A DNA stretch of 22,948 bases, from positions 1-22,948 of the forward strand of contig JBKJLC010000092.1 of assembly GCA_046597055.1 (NCBI GenBank). The letters are read 5' to 3'. A program made the position numbers and the translations under genes. The stretch comes from Kofleriaceae bacterium (GTDB lineage: Bacteria; Myxococcota_A; Polyangia; Haliangiales; Haliangiaceae). Positions 17,552 through 22,948 of this stretch are shown here, piece after piece; position 1 is the stretch's first letter, and the number at the start of each line of letters is the position of its first letter. The notes beneath the pieces are model-generated. The model made no database searches. It worked only from the letters and a program-made list of their open reading frames with translations, and was not told the origin of the DNA.

Positions 17552-18295
17552 CTACGCCTTCTCGGTGTCGAGCGGGCCGAGGTCCTTCTGGGACTCGGCG
17601 ACCGGGGTGACCTCGGGAGCGCGCATGCCGAGCTCGACCTCGAGATCCTTGAGCGCGTCCTCGGCCAGCGACTTCTCCATGCGCTCCTCGGCCTGGATGT
17701 CGGCGATGCCCTGGTGCGACAGATCGGCGGCGACCCGGGCCGTGCCACGGTTGGCGTCGATCTTTCCCTGGATGACGTCCTCGAGCTGACCGAAGTCGGT
17801 CGTGACGTTCATGTCGAAGCTCGCCGACAGCTTGGCGACCTCGGCCTCGGCCTCGCTCATCTTGAGCTCGGCGTCGTACTGCTGGATCTTGCTCTTGACC
17901 TCGCCCAGCTTCTTGTTCGCGTGCTGGATCTTCTTGAGGTTGTTCTGGTACGCGGTCTCGTGCATCGTCATCTGGCCCTGGTTCTGGGCCAGCTGCTCCT
18001 TGGCCTTCTGCATCTCGAGGGCGAACCGCGCCGCGGTCTCGCGGTCGCCGGCCTTGAGGTATGCCTTGGCCTGGGCCTGGAGCTTGGAGACGTGGCTCTC
18101 GCCCTCCTTGACCTGGCGGCCGACCTTCTCGACCAGCCCGCGGTACTGCTCGAGCCCGATCCGGCCCTCCTTGAGCTGCTCGACGGCCGCGTCGTACTCG
18201 TACTGCATCTGGGCGATCGGATCGGCCTCCCAGAAGAAGTTGGCGAGCTTGTTCAGCTGCGCGCGCACGGCGCCGAACATCTTCTTGAAGATCAT
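17552..18295 (-). CDS. PspA/IM30 family (ESCRT-III superfamily) protein, 247 aa
   Basis: Amphipathic N-terminal helix MIFKKMFGAVRAQLNKLA, DP motif (EADPIAQMQ), long coiled coil, AKAYLKAGDRETAARFA hairpin tip typical of PspA/Vipp1, C-terminal helix LAEDALKDLEVELG. GGAGGG RBS at 18304-18309. Confidence 0.9.
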   Translation of the reverse strand: MIFKKMFGAVRAQLNKLANFFWEADPIAQMQYEYDAAVEQLKEGRIGLEQYRGLVEKVGRQVKEGESHVSKLQAQAKAYLKAGDRETAARFALEMQKAKEQLAQNQGQMTMHETAYQNNLKKIQHANKKLGEVKSKIQQYDAELKMSEAEAEVAKLSASFDMNVTTDFGQLEDVIQGKIDANRGTARVAADLSHQGIADIQAEERMEKSLAEDALKDLEVELGMRAPEVTPVAESQKDLGPLDTEKA

Positions 18296-18339
18296 CGCGG
18301 GTACCCTCCGATAGGCGCCGGAGCGCCAGACCTGCGAAG

Positions 18340-18368
18340 ACACTAGAACGGAGGGGCGGGGCGCTCAA
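18340..18368 (-). promoter_or_regulatory. Putative sigma70-type promoter of the pspA-like operon
   Basis: Minus strand TTGAGC (18368-18363), exactly 17 bp, TAGTGT (18345-18340); the -10 box ends ~45 nt upstream of the ATG. Confidence 0.5.
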
Positions 18369-18427
18369 GCGACGCGGGCGGCAACTTCCTGGGCCGCGCG
18401 TTCACCCGACGGTCACCGACCGAGGCG

Positions 18428-19846
18428 TCAGGGCACGGTGGCGCCGCAGGGATTGCCGGCGACGCGGTAGTACTCGGGTCGGCGGGCGAAGCTCCATGCG
18501 CCGAACAGGTTCACGATGATGCCGAGAACGATCAGGGTCCGCGCGAGCCGGCCGAGCGGGCGGCCGCCCACCGCGAGCAGCAGGATCAGGAACGGCGTGT
18601 AGTCGAGGCTGAACCGGTAGCCGAACTGGACCCAGCCCGAGTTCTGGTAAAAGAAGGTCGGGATCGCGACGAGCGCGACCGTGAGCCACAGCGCCCGGTG
18701 CAGCGGCGGACGCTGACGCGGCCACAGCAGCAGCAGGAAGACCGGCGTCGTGACCCACAGCGCCAGGCCGTGGCCCGAGATCTGGAACCGCGGCCCCCTG
18801 GCCGGCAGCTCGGGCAGCAGCGTGAACGCGACGCTCAAGTTGCGCTGCAGATACGTGTAGCTGAACAGGCCGTGGGCCTCGATCTGCGCCTGCTGGCACA
18901 CGGCGAGGTACGAATGTCCGAACTCGGTCGGCGACCCGAACCGGTACCCGTTGTAGATCCCGGCGATGATCGCGATCACGACCACCGGCGCGGCGAACGG
19001 CACCAGCCTGCGCCCGGCTGCGCGCGCGAAGCCGCGTCGATCGGTGCGCCAGCCATCGAGCCCGCCGGCGACCCGCACGGCTTCCAGCACGAACAGCGGG
19101 AACATGAACGCCATCGGGGTGCGCGTGATCGCGGCCAGGCCCAGGCACACGCCGGCGACGATCGGGTTGCGGGCCTCGATCGCGGCCCACGCGTAGCCGA
19201 CCGCGAGCACGACCCCGACCACGTGCGCGGTGAACCAGACCCGGCCCTGCACCGCCGAGAAGAAGAGGACGGTGCCGAACGCCAGCGCCGCGGTGAGCCA
19301 CAGATCGTCGGCGACGGTGCGGTTCGAGGCTCCCGCGGCCGCGACCCGGCGCAAGGTCGCGAAGGCGAGCGGCAGGATCAGCGCGGCGAGCAGGACCGTC
19401 GGCAGGACGTCGTTGCCGCGGCGGCCGCCCATCGCCGCCGCTGGCAGCATGATCACCGCTGGCAACGGCGGGAACGAGACGAAGTGGGTGACGCCGCGGC
19501 TGCTGGCGATCTCGCTGGTCGAGACGATCTCGCCGCCGGTGGTCTGGAACCGCTGCCCCGACTGGCGGTGGCGGCCGCGCACGATCCGGCCGTCGGTCAG
19601 CACCACCGTCTCGACCTTGGCCCAGTCGTCGCCCTTGGTCGGCGGCGGCGCGATCGCGACCTGGCCGTGCAACCAGGCGTCGGCCTGGAACACGAAGTGC
19701 GGATCGCTCGACTGGCGGAACAGGCGATCCCCGGCGACCGCGCCGTAGACGATGAGTCCGACGACGTAGAGCGCGAGGTGGAGGCGGTGACGCGCGAACC
19801 AGCTCAAGGCGGGCGGACCATAGCCCGTGGGCCTGGCCCGGTGCAC
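18428..19846 (-). CDS. Polytopic membrane protein, possible GT-C-fold glycosyltransferase-like (about 472 aa; start uncertain)
   Basis: About 10 hydrophobic segments, periplasmic loop after TM1, HFVSFPPLPA motif, NGYRFGSPTEFG, C-terminal GWVQFGYRFSLDY. The GTG start lies in a tandem repeat. Confidence 0.75.
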   Translation of the reverse strand: MHRARPTGYGPPALSWFARHRLHLALYVVGLIVYGAVAGDRLFRQSSDPHFVFQADAWLHGQVAIAPPPTKGDDWAKVETVVLTDGRIVRGRHRQSGQRFQTTGGEIVSTSEIASSRGVTHFVSFPPLPAVIMLPAAAMGGRRGNDVLPTVLLAALILPLAFATLRRVAAAGASNRTVADDLWLTAALAFGTVLFFSAVQGRVWFTAHVVGVVLAVGYAWAAIEARNPIVAGVCLGLAAITRTPMAFMFPLFVLEAVRVAGGLDGWRTDRRGFARAAGRRLVPFAAPVVVIAIIAGIYNGYRFGSPTEFGHSYLAVCQQAQIEAHGLFSYTYLQRNLSVAFTLLPELPARGPRFQISGHGLALWVTTPVFLLLLWPRQRPPLHRALWLTVALVAIPTFFYQNSGWVQFGYRFSLDYTPFLILLLAVGGRPLGRLARTLIVLGIIVNLFGAWSFARRPEYYRVAGNPCGATVP

Positions 19847-19892
19847 GCGGCAGCGCGGCCGGGTGCACGCGGCAGCGCGGCCCGGTACGCGG
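19835..19892. repeat. 22-bp tandem repeat (2 full copies + 1 partial)
   Basis: GGCCCGGTGCACGCGGCAGCGC (19835-19856), GGCCGGGTGCACGCGGCAGCGC (19857-19878), partial GGCCCGGT--ACGCGG (19879-19892). Confidence 0.85.
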
Positions 19893-20237
19893 ACTCGCCA
19901 TGCGCACGACGCTGCGTGATATCGGCACTCGCCAAGTGCTCACAGCTCGCCGCCAATTGTGCGGGATCCTGAGGGCAGCGCTGGCCGGCCAGCGCCAGCG
20001 CCAAAGGGGCGTGCTTTTCGATCACATGACGATCCGCCCGATCGCGGCAAATTCGTGATCAACCTCGAGGCCTGCCGGTCACGATCCTCACGCCGTGCCG
20101 TGGGGGCGCGCCGCGGAGACCTCGAATCCCGTGAGGATCGACGGACCCGGATCCGCGCGGACACCCGTGACACCGGTCGCGCTCCCGGTCGGCTGCGGGG
20201 CGACCCGGCCGGGGTAGAGTCCGGTCCGCGTGAACGA

Positions 20238-21047
20238 GTGAAGAAGACGGCCCTGGCTCTGGCTCCAGCGATGGTGCTGACAGTGATCGCGCTGTGGAGC
20301 ACCTGCCGCGTGGTCGGCGCCGGCTCCACGGTCCCCGACGACGAAGCGTGGCGGCGGGCCGCGGCGCTGGTCGACGAGCAGCACCAGCCAGGCGAGCTGA
20401 TCGTGTTCGCGCCGGCTTGGATCGAGCCGGTCGGGCGCCTGCACCTCGGCGCGCGGATCCCGGTCGAGCTGGCGGCCGGCCTCGATGCCGGCCGCCACGG
20501 CGTCATCTACGAGCTGTCGATCCGGGGGGCGCGCGCGGCCGAGACCCGCGGGCTGCGACCGGTGTGGCAGCGGGAGGTCGGCGGCGTGATGGTCCGCCGG
20601 TTCGAGCGGGCGCCCGCGACGCTGGTGACCGACCTGGTCGCGGTCGCGGCGCGCGCGGCGTTCACGACCGAGGGCCTGTCGGCCCGCCCGCCGGCGGTGG
20701 TGCTCGCGGAGGTCGGCTTCCGCCCGCACCGCTGCCTGCAGATGGTGCCCTCGGCCGGCCAGACCGTGACCCTGACCTTTCCCGGCGTCGAGCTGGGCAC
20801 CGAGCTGGTCGGCGGGGTCGGGCTCGCCGACATCTTCAAGCGGCGCCAGGTGCGCGCGCCGGCCGAGCTGGTCGTGGCGGTCGGCGAGCAGGAGGTCGCG
20901 CGGGTGACGGTCGGGGTCGACGACGGTTGGGTGCGCTTTCGCGCCGCGACCACCCCGGGCACCGCGAGCGTCACCGTGACCGCGCAGGGGATCGGGCCCG
21001 GCGCGGCCGATCGGCAGGTGTGCATGGCGCTGGAGGCCCGCCGATGA
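20238..21047 (+). CDS. Hypothetical exported or membrane-anchored protein with a beta-rich C-terminal part (start uncertain)
   Basis: GTG at 20238 gives KKTALALAPAMVLTVIALWST (signal or TM); GC3-biased frame; the TGA overlaps the next ATG (ATGA at 21044-21047). Confidence 0.72.
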   Translation: MKKTALALAPAMVLTVIALWSTCRVVGAGSTVPDDEAWRRAAALVDEQHQPGELIVFAPAWIEPVGRLHLGARIPVELAAGLDAGRHGVIYELSIRGARAAETRGLRPVWQREVGGVMVRRFERAPATLVTDLVAVAARAAFTTEGLSARPPAVVLAEVGFRPHRCLQMVPSAGQTVTLTFPGVELGTELVGGVGLADIFKRRQVRAPAELVVAVGEQEVARVTVGVDDGWVRFRAATTPGTASVTVTAQGIGPGAADRQVCMALEARR

Positions 21048-22813
21048 GCGCGCCCCCGGTGCGACGTCCCGGCGTGATGGCCCCGGTGCCGCGCAAGCCG
21101 GCGTGGCGATGGACCCGGCCGCTGACCGCGCTCGGCCTGTTCGTCCTGGCGGTGGTCCTGGTCAGCGGCGCCCAGCGCGACGTCGGCGTGGTCCGCGACG
21201 AGACGTTCTACTTCGGCGCCGGCACCCGCTACGCGCAGTGGTGGCTCGACGCGGCCGACGGCAAGGACGGCGTCACCTCCGAGAAGACGATCACGGCGAC
21301 TTTCGGCGGCGCGCCCGGCGGCGCCAACAACTCCGAGCATCCGCCGCTGATGAAGACCCTGTTCGGGCTGTCGGAGCGGGTGCTGCACGACCGGCTCGGG
21401 ATCGCGTCCGAGGTGACCGCATACCGCCTGCCGACCGTGCTGATCGCCGGGCTCCTGCTCGTGATCGTCTTCTTCTGGGTCGCCGCGGTGTGGGGCTACG
21501 CCGAGGGGCTGATTGCCGCGCTCCTCACGCTGTTCCTGCCGCGGGCGTTCTTCCACGCCGGGCTGGCCTGCTTCGACGCGCCGATGGTCACGCTGTGGGT
21601 GGCGACCCTGTACGCCTACTGGCGCGGCCTGAGCTCGGGGCGGTGGGCGGTCGGCGCCGGCCTCCTGTGGGGGCTGGCGCTGGCGACCAAGCACAACGCG
21701 CTGTTCCTGCCGGTGGCGATCGCCCCGCACTTCGTGTGGGTCGCGCTGCGGCGGCACTGGCACGACACCCGTCCCGGGCTGCTGCGTGGGGTGGTCGCGA
21801 TCGGGCGCGAGCTGCGCGCGCGCTGGCACCTGCCGCTCCTGATGATCGTGCTCGGTCCGCTCACGCTGATCGCGCTGTGGCCGTGGCTGTGGTTCGACAC
21901 GTGGGCCCACGCGAGCGCGTGGATCACGTTCCACTCCGAGCACGTCCACTACAACTTCGAGTACCTCGGTCGCAACTGGAACCATCCCAACGGCCGCGCG
22001 CCGATCGGCTGGTATCCGTCGAGCGTCCCGTTCGTCACGACCCTCTTGACCGTGCCCGCGGCCACCCTGGCCGCGGCCGCGCTGGGCGCCGTGGTCGCGA
22101 CCCGCGCGGCGCTCCGCGGCGACGCCGCCGATGGCGAGACCGCACCCGGCGTCCTGCTCGCGCTCGGGCTGATGGCCGCGATGGCGCCGTTCGTGCTCGG
22201 GATGGCGCCGATCTTCGGGGCCGAGAAGCACTGGGGCCCGGCGATCCCGAGCCTGTGCATCGCGGCCGGCATCGGCGTGGCGTGGGCCGGCCGGTACGCC
22301 GCCGTGGTGATCGCGCGGGCGGCGAAGTGGCCGGACGGCCGGGTCGCGCAGGCCGAGCGGATGGCGATCGCCGCGGTGGCCGCGCTGGTGGTCGGCGCCG
22401 CCGCGATCGAGACCGGCCATGCCCAGCCGTACGCGCTCACCCACTACAACGCGATCGCCGGCGGCGCGCCCGGCGGCGCCGACCTCGGCATGAACCGCCA
22501 GTTCTGGGGCTACGCTGCGCGCGGCGTGACGGACTTCCTGCGCACGCGCCCGCCGGGGCCGGTCTACAGCCACGATGCCTCGCTGGCGTGGGGCATCTAC
22601 CTGCGCGACCGGCTGCTGCCGGCCGGCTTCCGCGACAGCGGCGCCGAGGACGGCGGCATCGCCGCGTCGCAGTACGCGCTGGTCATCCACGAGCGCCACT
22701 TCGCCCGCCACGACTTCCTGATCTGGGCCTCGTACGGCACCGTGCAGCCGGTCTACGTGCTCCGCGTCGACGGCGTGCCGATCGTCAGCGTGTACGAGCG
22801 TCCGCGCCGGTAG
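21044..22813 (+). CDS. GT-C glycosyltransferase, family 39/83-like (PMT/ArnT type), 589 aa
   Basis: TM1 followed by VVRDE (DE motif), EHPPLMK, AYRLP, LALATKHNA, and many TM helices. Confidence 0.88.
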   Translation: MSAPPVRRPGVMAPVPRKPAWRWTRPLTALGLFVLAVVLVSGAQRDVGVVRDETFYFGAGTRYAQWWLDAADGKDGVTSEKTITATFGGAPGGANNSEHPPLMKTLFGLSERVLHDRLGIASEVTAYRLPTVLIAGLLLVIVFFWVAAVWGYAEGLIAALLTLFLPRAFFHAGLACFDAPMVTLWVATLYAYWRGLSSGRWAVGAGLLWGLALATKHNALFLPVAIAPHFVWVALRRHWHDTRPGLLRGVVAIGRELRARWHLPLLMIVLGPLTLIALWPWLWFDTWAHASAWITFHSEHVHYNFEYLGRNWNHPNGRAPIGWYPSSVPFVTTLLTVPAATLAAAALGAVVATRAALRGDAADGETAPGVLLALGLMAAMAPFVLGMAPIFGAEKHWGPAIPSLCIAAGIGVAWAGRYAAVVIARAAKWPDGRVAQAERMAIAAVAALVVGAAAIETGHAQPYALTHYNAIAGGAPGGADLGMNRQFWGYAARGVTDFLRTRPPGPVYSHDASLAWGIYLRDRLLPAGFRDSGAEDGGIAASQYALVIHERHFARHDFLIWASYGTVQPVYVLRVDGVPIVSVYERPRR

Positions 22814-22846
22814 CGCCGCGGGGGCGGCTCGATTCCGCCGCGGTCG

Positions 22847-22948
22847 TCAGTCGGCTTCCGTGTTGTCGTCGCGGTCGACCTCGCTCGCGAGCTCGGCATC
22901 GAGATCGTTCTCCTTGGCCTCTTCGAGCAGGTCGGGGATCTCCTCGGC
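22847..22948 (-). CDS. Acidic C-terminal end of a gene running off the window edge (product unknown)
   Basis: Minus frame AEEIPDLLEEAKENDLDAELASEVDRDDNTEAD* with TGA at 22847-22849 and strong GC3 bias. Confidence 0.6.
   Translation of the reverse strand, partial: AEEIPDLLEEAKENDLDAELASEVDRDDNTEAD

Noticed and set aside
18380..18396. Sigma54-like GG...TTGC upstream of pspA (attractive by analogy to PspF control)
   Set aside because: Spacing is 11 nt instead of 10. A correctly spaced sigma70-like promoter fits better. The FHA activator in the window cannot be assigned as PspF.
22816..22843. GC hairpin between the convergent genes at the right end
   Set aside because: Short interrupted stem with no U-tract; expected by chance at this GC content.

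Overview
Very GC-rich bacterial DNA, most likely Myxococcota: it carries a MYXO-CTERM-like sorting tail, an FHA-sigma54 activator and a PEGA-repeat membrane protein. About 20 complete CDSs can be supported. No rRNA, tRNA, CRISPR array or transposase was seen. The left half holds a shortened P-loop NTPase gene, a glutathione S-transferase, a six-CxxC Cys-rich protein, an FHA/sigma54 activator coupled to a phosphodiester-glycosidase-like surface protein, a pseudo-receiver/HATPase/TM/PEGA protein and a TetR + alpha/beta-hydrolase pair with matching operator-like boxes. The most notable element is a tightly coupled 8-gene minus-strand operon (18295->9860). It encodes a PspA/IM30 (ESCRT-III superfamily) protein, a membrane-anchored SsuA/NMT1-like solute-binding protein fused to an OmpA-like peptidoglycan-binding domain, an ABC permease, an ABC ATPase, a TM + coiled-coil protein, a classic-clade AAA+ ATPase with a Vps4/Cdc48-type pore loop, a small helical protein and an HxxxH protein. 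It is a candidate bacterial ESCRT-III/AAA+ envelope-remodelling system linked to an ABC transporter. The right end holds a divergent cluster of polytopic membrane genes, at least one of which looks like a GT-C glycosyltransferase. All calls come from reading motifs by eye; no searches were run.
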